Assembly: GCA_002428965.1 (NCBI GenBank)
Contig: DIYI01000011.1
Span: 11,848-75,847, forward strand
Length of the DNA stretch: 64,000 nt
From: Jejuia sp. UBA6058
GTDB taxonomy: Bacteria; Bacteroidota; Bacteroidia; Flavobacteriales; Flavobacteriaceae
Reading direction: 5' to 3'
How positions within the stretch are numbered: the stretch's first letter is position 1; the number at the start of each line of letters is the position of its first letter. Below the pieces are notes generated by a model. It had not been told where the DNA came from and ran no database searches. It saw only the letters and a list, made by a program, of their open reading frames with translations. Made by a program: the position numbers and the translations under genes. Positions 8,964-19,328 of this stretch are shown piece after piece.

Positions 8964-11312
8964 ATGGAATTATTAATTAAAGGATTGCCCGCTTTTGGAG
9001 TGCTGGCTTTACTGTTTGTTTTAATTAAAAGTAAATGGGTAAGTAAACAAGACGAAGGAAGCGATAAAATGAAAAGGATTGCGAAAAACATTGCTGATGG
9101 CGCTATGTCCTTTCTAAAAGCTGAATATAAAATCTTAGCCATTTTTGTAGTGGCTGTTGCCATCCTACTATTCTTCAAAGGAAGTAACGAAGAAGGCTCT
9201 AACGGAATGGTAGCCGTATCTTTTGTTATTGGAGCTATTTGTTCCGCTTTGGCTGGTTTTATTGGAATGAAAGTAGCTACTAAAGCAAACGTAAGAACAA
9301 CCAGTGCAGCAAGAAAATCATTAGGAAAAGCCTTAGAAGTTGCCTTTGCAGGTGGTGCTGTAATGGGTCTTGGTGTTGTTGGTCTTGGAGTTTTAGGACT
9401 AAGTGGTCTTTTTATGGTGTATAGTGAAATGGGTTGGGGCTTAAACGAAGTACTAAATGTATTATCAGGTTTCTCTTTAGGAGCTTCATCTATTGCTTTA
9501 TTTGCTCGTGTGGGCGGCGGTATTTATACTAAGGCGGCTGATGTTGGTGCTGATTTGGTAGGTAAAGTTGAGGCTGGTATTCCTGAAGATCATCCTTTAA
9601 ACCCTGCTACTATTGCAGATAATGTGGGTGATAATGTAGGTGATGTTGCTGGTATGGGTGCGGATTTGTTCGAGTCTTATGTAGGTTCTATTATTGGTAC
9701 GATGGTTTTAGGAGCATTTATTATCACACCAGATTTTAATGGTCTTGGAGCTGTTTATTTGCCATTAGTATTGGCTGCCGTTGGAATTATTATGTCCATT
9801 ATAGGAACATTTTTTGTTCGTGTGAAAGATGGAGGAAATCCACAAACGGCCTTAAATGTAGGAGAATTTGGTTCTGCTGGATTAATGTTGGTAGCTTCGT
9901 ATTTTATTATTGGCGCATTTATTCCAGAAGGGACTGAAGGTTTAACCAATGGTTCTACTGGTGTATTTATTGCTGTAATTGCTGGTTTAGTTGCCGGTTT
10001 AGCAGTTGGTAAAGTAACTGAATATTATACAGGTACAGGTACAAAACCTGTGAATTCAATAGTAAAACAATCTGAAACAGGTAGTGCTACCAACATCATA
10101 GCCGGTTTAGGTGTAGGTATGATGTCTACAGCTATTCCAATTATTCTAATTGCTGCAGCTATATTGGTGTCTCATCATTTTGCTGGTTTATATGGTATTG
10201 CAATTGCTGCTGTTGGGATGTTGGCAAATACGGGTATTCAATTAGCAGTTGATGCTTATGGACCAATATCTGACAATGCGGGTGGTATTGCGGAAATGGC
10301 AGAATTAGATCCTGAAGTGCGTGAACGTACGGATAAATTAGATGCTGTTGGTAATACAACCGCTGCTATCGGTAAAGGTTTTGCTATTGCTTCTGCGGCC
10401 TTAACTGCGTTGGCGTTGTTTGCGGCATTTATGAAAACGGCTAATGTTACTGCAATTGATGTATCGCAACCGAATATTATGGCAGGCCTTCTTGTTGGTG
10501 GTATGTTGCCATTTGTGTTTTCTGCATTATCTATGAATGCTGTAGGACGAGCTGCAATGGCTATGATTGAAGAGGTGCGTCGCCAGTTCAGAGATATTCC
10601 AAAATTAAAAGCTGCTTTAGAAGTTATGCGTGCTGTGGATTCTGATATGTCTAAAGCAACAGAAGCGCAAAGAAAAATATTCGACGAAGCTGATGGTGTA
10701 GCGGAATATGATAAATGTGTGGCTATATCAACTACAGCTTCTATTAAAGAGATGGTGTTACCAGGTTTGTTAGCTATCATTGTTCCAGTAGCAATAGGTT
10801 TCTTAGGAGGAGCTGAAATGTTAGGAGGTTTACTAGCAGGTGTTACTACTTGTGGTGTTTTAATGGCTATTTTCCAATCAAACGCAGGAGGTGCATGGGA
10901 TAACGCAAAGAAAATGATTGAAGAGCAAGGAAGAAAAGGAACAGATGCGCATAAAGCTGCGGTAGTAGGTGATACAGTAGGAGATCCTTTTAAAGATACT
11001 TCGGGGCCTTCATTAAACATCTTATTGAAATTAATGAGCGTTGTTGCATTGGTGATTGCTCCTAGTATTGCCATGTCAGCAGATGCTGTAACCGCTTATG
11101 CCTCTGAAGATGTTAAAATAGAACAGGTTGAAATTAAAAAAGAAGTCAAGGTAAAATTAACTGAAGCTGAAGAAGCAGGTGTTGTTAAAGCCGTTGTTAC
11201 AACTATAACTACTGAAAATGGTGAAGCATCTACTACTTATGAAACTATAACAGGTACTGAAGAGGAAGTTGAAGCGAAATTAAATGAGCTTGAACAAAAA
11301 GATGCCTCTTAA
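8964..11312 (+). CDS. hppA: Membrane-bound K+-dependent (probably Na+-translocating) pyrophosphatase
   Basis: [58 protein letters not shown] (Ala = K+-dependent signature), [14 protein letters not shown]; many TM helices. Confidence 0.95.
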   Translation: MELLIKGLPAFGVLALLFVLIKSKWVSKQDEGSDKMKRIAKNIADGAMSFLKAEYKILAIFVVAVAILLFFKGSNEEGSNGMVAVSFVIGAICSALAGFIGMKVATKANVRTTSAARKSLGKALEVAFAGGAVMGLGVVGLGVLGLSGLFMVYSEMGWGLNEVLNVLSGFSLGASSIALFARVGGGIYTKAADVGADLVGKVEAGIPEDHPLNPATIADNVGDNVGDVAGMGADLFESYVGSIIGTMVLGAFIITPDFNGLGAVYLPLVLAAVGIIMSIIGTFFVRVKDGGNPQTALNVGEFGSAGLMLVASYFIIGAFIPEGTEGLTNGSTGVFIAVIAGLVAGLAVGKVTEYYTGTGTKPVNSIVKQSETGSATNIIAGLGVGMMSTAIPIILIAAAILVSHHFAGLYGIAIAAVGMLANTGIQLAVDAYGPISDNAGGIAEMAELDPEVRERTDKLDAVGNTTAAIGKGFAIASAALTALALFAAFMKTANVTAIDVSQPNIMAGLLVGGMLPFVFSALSMNAVGRAAMAMIEEVRRQFRDIPKLKAALEVMRAVDSDMSKATEAQRKIFDEADGVAEYDKCVAISTTASIKEMVLPGLLAIIVPVAIGFLGGAEMLGGLLAGVTTCGVLMAIFQSNAGGAWDNAKKMIEEQGRKGTDAHKAAVVGDTVGDPFKDTSGPSLNILLKLMSVVALVIAPSIAMSADAVTAYASEDVKIEQVEIKKEVKVKLTEAEEAGVVKAVVTTITTENGEASTTYETITGTEEEVEAKLNELEQKDAS

Positions 11313-11356
11313 TTAAATAAAACCAACTATACTAAATAGACTATTTAATTAATTTG

Positions 11357-11388
11357 AAAAAGCCACGTTTTATGCGTGGCTTTTTTTT
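11357..11388. terminator. Bidirectional intrinsic terminator between hppA and dsbD
   Basis: AAAAAGCCACG-ttttatg-CGTGGCTTTTTTTT between convergent genes. Confidence 0.85.
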
Positions 11389-13402
11389 AATGCGATTTAA
11401 ACTCTTGAAATCCACACTCCAAAAAGTTGGTGTATTCAGATTCATCAGGTGTATAAGGAACTGGGGTGTTTAATATTTTCTTACCATCAGAACTTAACAA
11501 CACATAGTACGGCTGAGAATTGGACTGGAAAAACGCCGTTTGGAAATGTGCCCATTTATGACCGTAATTCTTCAAAGTCCTAGATCCTCCATCAATTCTC
11601 TTTACGTTAATTTGTTCTTTTTTAGGTAGCTCTTTTTTATCATCAACATAAAGAGAAATCAAAACATAGTCGTTTCTAAGATAGTCGTCAATTTTTTTAT
11701 CTGGCCATACATGCTCCTCCATTTTGCGGCAGTTTACACAGGCTAAACCTGTAAAATCCAACATCACAGGTTTGTTTACCTGTTTCGCAAAAGCTAACCC
11801 TTCTTTTAAATCTTTAAAGCAATCTAAATTGTTGGGGCAGTCATTTGGGAATATAAAACTATAGCCTACGGGAGGTGCTAAACCACTTAATACTGTAAGA
11901 GGTGTAAATGTGTTAGTCTCCTTATTTATTCTAAAACCTGAAGCTAAATAAATTGCAAAGGATGCAACTAAAATAGCGCCAGCAATTCTTGAAAACGAGA
12001 GCTTTTTGATAGGGCTATCATGAGGAAACTTAATTTTCCCAAACAGATAAAGTGCTAAACCTGCAAAAATAATAATCCAAATAATTAAAAAAGGTTCAAT
12101 TTTTAATAGGTTCCAATGTGCTACTAGATCTGCATTAGATAAAAATTTGAAAGCAAGTGCTAATTCTAAAAAACCTAAAATAACCTTTGTTGTATTTAAC
12201 CAACCACCAGATTTTGGAAGTGCGTTTAGCATGTTTGGAAACATTGCAAACAACGCGAACGGTAATCCTAAAGAAACACCAAAACCAGCCATACCTGCTG
12301 TAAGCTGCCACGCACCACCTTCGGCAGTTAATGAGCCAGCTAAAAGGGAACCTAAAATTGGTCCTGTGCAAGAAAAAGAAACAATGGCTAAAGTTAGAGC
12401 CATGAAGAATATACCAATTAAACCACCAGAGTTTTCTCCTTGTGTTGTCCTTGTTGTCCAGCTCGAAGGAAGTGTTAGTTCATAATAACCAAAGAATGAA
12501 AATGCAAAAAACACAAATATTAAAAAGAAGATCACGTTGAGCCAAACATTGGTAGAAATCTCATTTAGAATATCGGGATTCACCGAATCTAACAAATGAA
12601 AAGGAACACTTAAAAGAATATATACCGCAAAAATGAAAAAGCCATAAAGTATAGCTTTCGAGATACCAGAAGCTTTATTTTGATCTCCCTTTTTGGTAAA
12701 GAAGCTCACGGTTAAAGGAATCATTGGGAATACACAAGGTGTAAGTAGTGCTAGTAACCCTCCAATAAATCCTAGTCCAAAAATACTCCAAAGGGAACTG
12801 TTGGTTGATTTTATGTCTAGAATATTGCCTTTTTCATAAGCACAATTAGATGTTGGTTGCTCTATTTCTGAAGGTAACATACCATAAAGCAAGTTATTCG
12901 CTTTATCATCGTCAATTACTAAGGTGTTAGTGCTTTTTTTTTTAATTGAAGCGTTGTCTGTAAGATTAAAGACTAGCTCAAAATCTGTTGGAGGCGTACA
13001 CTTTTCGTCATCACATGCCATAAATAGCACCGATCCAGTTATGTGATCTATTTCGTTATTAAGCTTAACCGTCTGTTCAAATTTTGCTTCATTCTCAAAA
13101 TAGGTAATACGCATCTCGAAAACTGGATCATCCACTGTAATACCCTTTTCTTCAATGGTAGATCCCACAAGTTCAAAATCATCGTTACTGTTTGAATATG
13201 TAAATTCGGTTGGTATTGGGCCTCCATCAGGAATATTTTGTGCATATAAATGCGAACCAACATCAATAGTTGCTATAGAAATGAGTTTGTATTCGGTTTC
13301 CGAAATCTTTTCAACTTCAGTTGTCCATTTTACAGGATTGTACATTTGAGAGAATCCTAGAGCCGAAATAAAAAATAGAATTAAAAAAACTAGCTTTTTC
13401 AT
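11387..13402 (-). CDS. dsbD: Thiol:disulfide interchange protein DsbD
   Basis: N-domain CDDEKC; TM domain LLTPCVFPMIP and SFSCTGP; thioredoxin domain DFTGLACVNCRKME. Confidence 0.9.
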   Translation of the reverse strand: MKKLVFLILFFISALGFSQMYNPVKWTTEVEKISETEYKLISIATIDVGSHLYAQNIPDGGPIPTEFTYSNSNDDFELVGSTIEEKGITVDDPVFEMRITYFENEAKFEQTVKLNNEIDHITGSVLFMACDDEKCTPPTDFELVFNLTDNASIKKKSTNTLVIDDDKANNLLYGMLPSEIEQPTSNCAYEKGNILDIKSTNSSLWSIFGLGFIGGLLALLTPCVFPMIPLTVSFFTKKGDQNKASGISKAILYGFFIFAVYILLSVPFHLLDSVNPDILNEISTNVWLNVIFFLIFVFFAFSFFGYYELTLPSSWTTRTTQGENSGGLIGIFFMALTLAIVSFSCTGPILGSLLAGSLTAEGGAWQLTAGMAGFGVSLGLPFALFAMFPNMLNALPKSGGWLNTTKVILGFLELALAFKFLSNADLVAHWNLLKIEPFLIIWIIIFAGLALYLFGKIKFPHDSPIKKLSFSRIAGAILVASFAIYLASGFRINKETNTFTPLTVLSGLAPPVGYSFIFPNDCPNNLDCFKDLKEGLAFAKQVNKPVMLDFTGLACVNCRKMEEHVWPDKKIDDYLRNDYVLISLYVDDKKELPKKEQINVKRIDGGSRTLKNYGHKWAHFQTAFFQSNSQPYYVLLSSDGKKILNTPVPYTPDESEYTNFLECGFQEFKSH

Positions 13403-13540
13403 TTTAAAAACTTAAAAGTATAATGGTTGATTTAGGCGATTTACTACTTAAATCATTACAAAATAAGGTTATTAAAATAACTTGATATCTCTTAAAATAG
13501 ATTTTTAATAGATTTTTAACTAGAACGTTCTGTCGAATTA

Positions 13541-14155
13541 CTAAAAAAGCCCGTTTATCTCAGCATCAATGCTATTGATTACATGCCCCAAATCTTCAGG
13601 CTTATCCACAAAATTAAGGTTGTCAACATCCATAATTAATAGTTTGCCTTTGTTATAGCCATGAATCCAAGCTTCGTAACGCTCATTAAGTCTGCTTAAA
13701 TAATCAATACTTATCGAATTTTCATAATCACGACCACGTTTATGAATTTGTGATACAAGATTAGGTATAGAACTTCGTAAATAAATTAATAAGTCGGGAC
13801 CTTTTACTAAAGATTCCATAAGATCGAATAGCGATTTATAATTTTCAAAATCTCTATTCGTCATTAAACCCATAGCATGTAAGTTAGGCGCGAAAATATG
13901 CGCGTCTTCGTAGATGGTTCTGTCCTGAATGATATCCTTACCACTCTCACGAATCTGTAAAACCTGACGAAAACGACTGTTTAAGAAATAAACCTGTAAA
14001 TTGAAACTCCAACGCGCCATCTGGTTATAAAAATCATCCAGATAAGGATTGTCTACCACGTCTTCCAATTGTGCTTCCCATTTGTAATGTTTTGCGAGTA
14101 ATTTAGTCAGCGTTGTTTTTCCAGCGCCAATATTTCCAGCAACAGCAATATGCAT
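13541..14155 (-). CDS. Deoxynucleoside kinase
   Basis: P-loop AGNIGAGKTT, QDRTIYED, lid IHKRGRDYE. Confidence 0.92.
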   Translation of the reverse strand: MHIAVAGNIGAGKTTLTKLLAKHYKWEAQLEDVVDNPYLDDFYNQMARWSFNLQVYFLNSRFRQVLQIRESGKDIIQDRTIYEDAHIFAPNLHAMGLMTNRDFENYKSLFDLMESLVKGPDLLIYLRSSIPNLVSQIHKRGRDYENSISIDYLSRLNERYEAWIHGYNKGKLLIMDVDNLNFVDKPEDLGHVINSIDAEINGLF

Positions 14156-14157
14156 AG

Positions 14158-14940
14158 TTAATTTAGTTTTATTCGGAATTCTTGGAGAGTTTCAAAGTTG
14201 TAAATATACAAGGTTTCATTGGTTACAAAAAACTGAGGAATTAAAATGTTATTTGTTAGTAAAGGAATAGGTTGTTTCTCCTCTCTTCCTAGATAAAATA
14301 GGTTTTGCTCTTTGTTTAAGAAAACGGCTTCGTTATTTTCTTCTAAACTAGTGTAACCGTCATTTTTCATTTTTCTTACCAAACTTCCAAAATAATTGTA
14401 TATGAGTAACTCTTCTTCGGTTAATAAATAGGCATAATTATAATTGCTCTTCAAATCTAAAATTGGGCTATCAATTGGCTTTAGAGTTTGAGCTTTTGTT
14501 GTACGAGTTTTATAATCGAATACTTCTAGTAATTGCGTGTCTTGGTTAAAGAGCCAAATAGTGTTATCATAGCCTGTTGAAATATGTGAAACGTTTCTGT
14601 AGGTGTTAATACCGTTAAAATCAATCTTAAAAATTTCAGCTAATCGATTGTCTAAAATGATTGCTGAATTTAATTCTTGATAGAAGAGATTAATTTTTAG
14701 AGGGTTGAAGCTATTTACCGAAGTTAGTTTGCCTAATTGCAAATTGTTGTAACTAATGGCAGTGTCTTTATTTTTCTTATAGATAGTATTTTCTTTGGTA
14801 TAGAAAATAGTGCCAAAATTATCAATACCAACTAAATTATCAACGTTTAGACTTGTAGTCTTTACAGGAATAGTTTCAATAGATTTTTGAGCGACTACTG
14901 AAATTGTTACAAAAAAGATGATACTACTGATCCACTTCAT
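14158..14940 (-). CDS. Conserved hypothetical secreted protein (beta-strand rich, propeller-like)
   Basis: ORF track 14158..14958. The ATG at 14940 gives signal peptide MKWISSIIFFVTISVVAQ. Lies 2 nt upstream of the kinase gene. Confidence 0.7.
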   Translation of the reverse strand: MKWISSIIFFVTISVVAQKSIETIPVKTTSLNVDNLVGIDNFGTIFYTKENTIYKKNKDTAISYNNLQLGKLTSVNSFNPLKINLFYQELNSAIILDNRLAEIFKIDFNGINTYRNVSHISTGYDNTIWLFNQDTQLLEVFDYKTRTTKAQTLKPIDSPILDLKSNYNYAYLLTEEELLIYNYFGSLVRKMKNDGYTSLEENNEAVFLNKEQNLFYLGREEKQPIPLLTNNILIPQFFVTNETLYIYNFETLQEFRIKLN

Positions 14941-14972
14941 ACAGTTTGAAAAGTACAAAAATCAAACCATAT

Positions 14973-15656
14973 TTAACAAATTAACTTATAGCCAAAACCA
15001 CGTACATTAATAATTTCTATATCTGAATCTTTTTTGAGTTTTTTTCTTAGTTTGGTGATAAATACATCCATACTTCTTGCATTAAAAAAGTCATCATTAC
15101 CCCAGAGTTTATTTAGTATTAAGGAGCGGTCAAGCACTTGGTTTTTGTTTTTTATTAAATGAAATAATAAGTGTGCCTCACGGTGTGTAAGCTGTACTTT
15201 TTCTTCGGTTTTATATTGAAGTATTTGTTTTGGGAAGTTAAATGTAAAATCACCAAACTGTAGAATTTCAGATTGTTTTTGTTCTTTAGTTCGATTGAGA
15301 AGGTTATTGATACGAACGATTAATTCTTCCATACTAAAAGGTTTTTTTAAATAATCGTTACCTCCGATAGTAAAACCTTCTACCACATCTTGAGTTTGCG
15401 ATTTGGCAGTTAAAAAAATAATAGGAATAGTATCATCAATTTCACGAATTTCTTTAGCTAAAGTAAAGCCGTCTTTTTTGGGCATCATTACATCCAGAAC
15501 TAATATTTCAGGAGTTACTTCTTTATATTTTTTTAATGCCTTTTCTCCATCTTCACAAAGTATAACTTCAAAATTACGTGTTTCAAGACTTTCTTTTATT
15601 ATTTGGCCTAAAGCGGGTTCGTCCTCGGCCAATATTAGTTTAGTTTTATTGGCCAT
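14973..15656 (-). CDS. OmpR-family response regulator
   Basis: LAEDE, LDVMMP (phospho-Asp), FLTAK, DYLKKPF; winged helix RSMDVFITKLRKKL...NVRGFGY. Confidence 0.95.
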   Translation of the reverse strand: MANKTKLILAEDEPALGQIIKESLETRNFEVILCEDGEKALKKYKEVTPEILVLDVMMPKKDGFTLAKEIREIDDTIPIIFLTAKSQTQDVVEGFTIGGNDYLKKPFSMEELIVRINNLLNRTKEQKQSEILQFGDFTFNFPKQILQYKTEEKVQLTHREAHLLFHLIKNKNQVLDRSLILNKLWGNDDFFNARSMDVFITKLRKKLKKDSDIEIINVRGFGYKLIC

Positions 15657-17295
15657 CTGGAATGTTTATTTGAAATGTTGTTAGCTTATCTCTAAGGTCT
15701 AGAGCAATAGATCCTGCGTGTTTGTTGATTATAGTTTTGGTATAATACAACCCAATACCATAACCTTTTATATCATGTGTATTGCCTTTTGGTACACGAT
15801 AAAACTTCTCGAAAATACGATGTTTAATTTCGTTTTTTAATGTATTTCCCGTATCTGAAATTTTGATTTCAATACTACTTTTTTGTTTTTTTAGACTTAT
15901 GAAAATAGTGCTGCCACCATATTTTACAGCATTGTCTAAAATATTATTTAAAGCATTTTCAAAATGAAAAGGATCTGCATTTATGATTAAGGAATCCTTT
16001 TCAATTTCATTAATAAACGTTTTTTCTGGATACTGTGCTTTGTATCGGTTATTTAGTGTGTATAGTAAATTTGAAATGTCAACTTTTTCTTTATTGAATT
16101 TTAAAGACTCACTGTCTAAAGTAGCGGTTTCAAGGAGTTTTTCTACCATCAAATTTAATTTTGATAATTGATTGGATGACATGTCAACGTATCGCTTCGT
16201 TTTGGCTTTATCTTCAATTACATTAAAATTATTTATACTCTCCAAAGCTACACCAATAGTTGCGATTGGCGTTTTAAATTCATGAGTAATATTACTTATT
16301 AAATCGTTTTTTACCTCTGCTAGTTGTTTTTGATTTTTTATTATTTTCAGAAGAAAAAATAGGCAACTTATAACGGCAAGAATAAGTAAAAGCGATATTA
16401 AAATAGCACTAATACCTCTTTTAAGAGCAACCCAATTGGCATTGCTGAAATTTACCTTTAGTTCACTTCCTTTGGGCAGAAAGGTTGATTTTGATATAAC
16501 ACTCAGTTTTTTTTCAGTTTTTATACTATCAGCTATTGTTGCTTTTTTGTTTTCTTGTTTTAAGAAGAAACTTGGAAAGATCTCCTTAGGTTTGTTGTAG
16601 TTAATATGATAGGTTAAGTTTATTTTTTTAGTTTTTAAGTCACTCTGGAATAAGCTATCAACTTTTTTTACGTCCAAAGAATCCTTATTTAAAGACAGAA
16701 TAATTTTTGAAGTTAAAATCTCAAAGGGGTTATTACTTTTTGTGGAATCGAGATTCAACGAAGAAAACCTAAATGTTCTAGTAGTATCGCTAGATAAATT
16801 CGGAAAACTATTTTTAGTGGATTTAATAAGGACAGAATCGCCTTTTGCTTTCCTAAAAATAGAATCGTATTCTTTAAAACGTTTGTGTCTAGGATTAATA
16901 GAATCAGTCATCCAAATAGAGGTAAATCTATTTTTTTTTAATTGATCATGATCTACTTCTTGTATTACTGTAATACTTTGGATTTCATTTGCATTTATAC
17001 TATCTATGGTCGTGTAAGAGCTGTCGTTATTTTTCAACACTCTAAGCCTATCGTGAACAGTACTTTTTTTTGATCTGTTTTTATGACTGCTAAGTCTCAA
17101 ACCCATGGTGGTTTCTTGGGCCAAATTAGAATAGTAGTTGTCTACTGCTTTATCCAAACTAGTTTGAACATCTGTTATTAATTGCTGTTTGTTTAATTGG
17201 TAGTTTTTATAGTTCCAATACCCTTGTAACCCAATAGTAGCAATAATTACAGCTATAATCAGGTACAAAGTGTATTGATATTTCTTGTCGTTCAT
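15646..17295 (-). CDS. Sensor histidine kinase
   Basis: Two TM segments flanking a periplasmic region; H-box THEFKTPIAT; N-box NILDNAVKY; G-boxes ISDTG and GYGIGLY. Overlaps the regulator start by 11 nt. Confidence 0.95.
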   Translation of the reverse strand: MNDKKYQYTLYLIIAVIIATIGLQGYWNYKNYQLNKQQLITDVQTSLDKAVDNYYSNLAQETTMGLRLSSHKNRSKKSTVHDRLRVLKNNDSSYTTIDSINANEIQSITVIQEVDHDQLKKNRFTSIWMTDSINPRHKRFKEYDSIFRKAKGDSVLIKSTKNSFPNLSSDTTRTFRFSSLNLDSTKSNNPFEILTSKIILSLNKDSLDVKKVDSLFQSDLKTKKINLTYHINYNKPKEIFPSFFLKQENKKATIADSIKTEKKLSVISKSTFLPKGSELKVNFSNANWVALKRGISAILISLLLILAVISCLFFLLKIIKNQKQLAEVKNDLISNITHEFKTPIATIGVALESINNFNVIEDKAKTKRYVDMSSNQLSKLNLMVEKLLETATLDSESLKFNKEKVDISNLLYTLNNRYKAQYPEKTFINEIEKDSLIINADPFHFENALNNILDNAVKYGGSTIFISLKKQKSSIEIKISDTGNTLKNEIKHRIFEKFYRVPKGNTHDIKGYGIGLYYTKTIINKHAGSIALDLRDKLTTFQINIPDGQ

Positions 17296-17299
17296 ACGT

Positions 17300-17307
17300 C
17301 AAAAGTA
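17300..17307 (-). promoter_or_regulatory. -7 promoter element TACTTTTG, 4 nt before the kinase ATG
   Basis: Minus strand reads TACTTTTG-ACGT-ATG AAC GAC. Confidence 0.55.
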
Positions 17308-17332
17308 AATGTAAAAGCACTTAAAAACTAAT

Positions 17333-17362
17333 CGGTTAACACTAGTTAACACCGGTTAACTT
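17333..17362. promoter_or_regulatory. Triple 10-bp direct repeat (GTTAAC core), putative response-regulator operator
   Basis: CGGTTAACAC TAGTTAACAC CGGTTAACTT, with GTTAAC at 17335, 17345 and 17355, in the divergent promoter region. Confidence 0.6.
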
Positions 17363-17448
17363 TTAAATTGATATTGGGTTATGATATTTGCAACATATCA
17401 ATCAAAAAACAACTGCAGTTATGTTTTTAAAACAAATTATTAATTCTA

Positions 17449-18285
17449 ATGTATAGAAATATGAAACTTTTAATTAAAACCTTTTTGGTAATTCTTGTTC
17501 TTACAGGCAGTGCAATTCATGCTCAAAAATTTCAAGGAGTAGCTACTTATAAGTCTCATCGTAAGATGGACGTAAAAATGGGAGACCAGATGAATGCGGA
17601 GCAACAAAAAATGATTCAAGCTCAGCTTCAGAAGCAATTTCAAAAGGAGTATACACTTACCTTTAATGCTTATGAATCAATTTACAAGCAAGAAGAAAAG
17701 CTTGATGCACCTCAACCTGTAAGTTCTGGAATACAGATTAAGGTTGTTCAAGGCTCGGATATAATGTATAAGAATATTAAAGAGCATAGGTATAGCAATA
17801 AATCTGAGATTTATGGTAAGATTTTTTTAGTTAAAGATTCTTTGCGAACCAGAAAATGGGAAATGGTAGATGAAACTAAAAATATTGGTGAGTACACCTG
17901 TTACAAGGCTGTTATAAAAGGAGAATACACAACAAAAACGATTAATGATAAAGGAGAAATTGAAGAAGTAACGAAACCTAGAACCACCACCGTTTGGTAT
18001 ACACCACAAATACCTATTAGCAATGGGCCTGCTGATTATTTTGGGCTACCTGGGCTAATTCTAGAGGTAAATGATGGGCAGCAAACACTTATTTGTTCAA
18101 AAATAGTTCTAAATCCAAAAGAATCTATAGAAATTAACGAACCCAAAAAGGGGAAGGAAGTTACTCAAAAAGAGTTTGACACCATTCAACAAAAGAAAGC
18201 AGATGAGATGATGGAGCAATTTAGGTCTAGTAGCAGAGGAAGACATAATGATGGAAGTCGTGTAATGATACAAGTAGGTGGTTAA
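17449..18285 (+). CDS. GLPGLI family protein 1
   Basis: WYTPQIPISNGPADYFGLPGLILEV; ETKNIGEYTCYKA; signal peptide (start may be the ATG at 17461). Confidence 0.92.
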   Translation: MYRNMKLLIKTFLVILVLTGSAIHAQKFQGVATYKSHRKMDVKMGDQMNAEQQKMIQAQLQKQFQKEYTLTFNAYESIYKQEEKLDAPQPVSSGIQIKVVQGSDIMYKNIKEHRYSNKSEIYGKIFLVKDSLRTRKWEMVDETKNIGEYTCYKAVIKGEYTTKTINDKGEIEEVTKPRTTTVWYTPQIPISNGPADYFGLPGLILEVNDGQQTLICSKIVLNPKESIEINEPKKGKEVTQKEFDTIQQKKADEMMEQFRSSSRGRHNDGSRVMIQVGG

Positions 18286-18355
18286 TCTGAGCGCTAAAAA
18301 CCAAGATAAGTTGTTAGGGTTATGTTATAATCAAACAATATGTTTAATAATTATT

Positions 18356-18363
18356 TATATTTG
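18356..18363 (+). promoter_or_regulatory. -7 promoter element TATATTTG for GLPGLI gene 2
   Basis: Exact TAnnTTTG about 30 nt upstream of ATG 18393. Confidence 0.45.
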
Positions 18364-18392
18364 TTAAACAAAATAATTATAACTAACCGATT

Positions 18393-19226
18393 ATGAAGAC
18401 TCTTAATATCGCAACTCTTACATTTTGTTTAACTCTGTTTAATTTGTTTTCTCTAAAAGCTCAAGATTTTCAAGGAAAAGCAGAATATGTGTATAAAGCT
18501 CAAATGAATTTGGGGCGTTGGGGTGCAAAAATGAGTGAGGCTCAAAAGAATCAAATAGCTGCCCGATTAAAAAACAGGTTAGAAAAGAAGTATATTTTAG
18601 ATTTTAACATGGAAGCCTCTGTTTATAATGAATACGAAAAACTAGATGCTATGTCTGGGGCAACCGATTCTTGGGGTAAGAACTTTACTCCAGGAGAGCA
18701 GTATAAAAATGTTAAAACCAAAAGCTTTATCCAAGAACAAGAGTTTTACGGTAAAAAATTCTTGGTTAAAGATAGTTTACTAGATATCAGCTGGAATATA
18801 GGTTCTGAAACTAAGCAAATAGGCAATTATACATGTTTTAAGGCTACAGCAATGATTCCAAGTTCTAAAATGGCGTTTTGGGAATTTTCTTGGGGAAGAC
18901 TCAGGCAAGAAGAGGGTGATTCGGATTCAGACTCAACTGAAGAGCTAGAAGAAGCAATGACTGAAGTGGTAGCTTGGTATACAATGCAAATTCCTGTGAG
19001 TCAGGGTCCGTCGGAATTTTGGGGTTTACCTGGTTTAATTTTAGAGGTAAGTTCTGGTTCAACTACAATGTTGTGTTCAAAAATTACTTTGAACCCCGAA
19101 GAAAAGACCGATGTACAGGCTCCAAAGAGTGGGAATGAGGTTACCAAACAGGAGTATAAGGCTATAATTTTTACTAAAATGAAAGAGTTTAGAGATAACC
19201 GTGTTGGAAGAAGCTACAGTAGATAA
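18393..19226 (+). CDS. GLPGLI family protein 2
   Basis: WYTMQIPVSQGPSEFWGLPGLILEV; ETKQIGNYTCFKAT; signal peptide. Confidence 0.92.
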   Translation: MKTLNIATLTFCLTLFNLFSLKAQDFQGKAEYVYKAQMNLGRWGAKMSEAQKNQIAARLKNRLEKKYILDFNMEASVYNEYEKLDAMSGATDSWGKNFTPGEQYKNVKTKSFIQEQEFYGKKFLVKDSLLDISWNIGSETKQIGNYTCFKATAMIPSSKMAFWEFSWGRLRQEEGDSDSDSTEELEEAMTEVVAWYTMQIPVSQGPSEFWGLPGLILEVSSGSTTMLCSKITLNPEEKTDVQAPKSGNEVTKQEYKAIIFTKMKEFRDNRVGRSYSR

Positions 19227-19328
19227 TTATTTTAACATAATTTTAGTATAACGTGCTTAAACTATTCGCGGAATGTGATGTCTAAAACGTGTTCATTCAA
19301 TTTCAATTAAAAATTAAAAACACCAATA

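Noticed and set aside
10256-11074. 272-aa minus-strand ORF
   Set aside because: Lies wholly antisense to hppA. Its Ala/Ile/Ser-rich text is the mirror of hppA codon usage and has no motifs.
17333-17362. CRISPR or restriction-site array
   Set aside because: Three 10-bp units without spacers and no cas or restriction-modification genes nearby; better explained as an operator.
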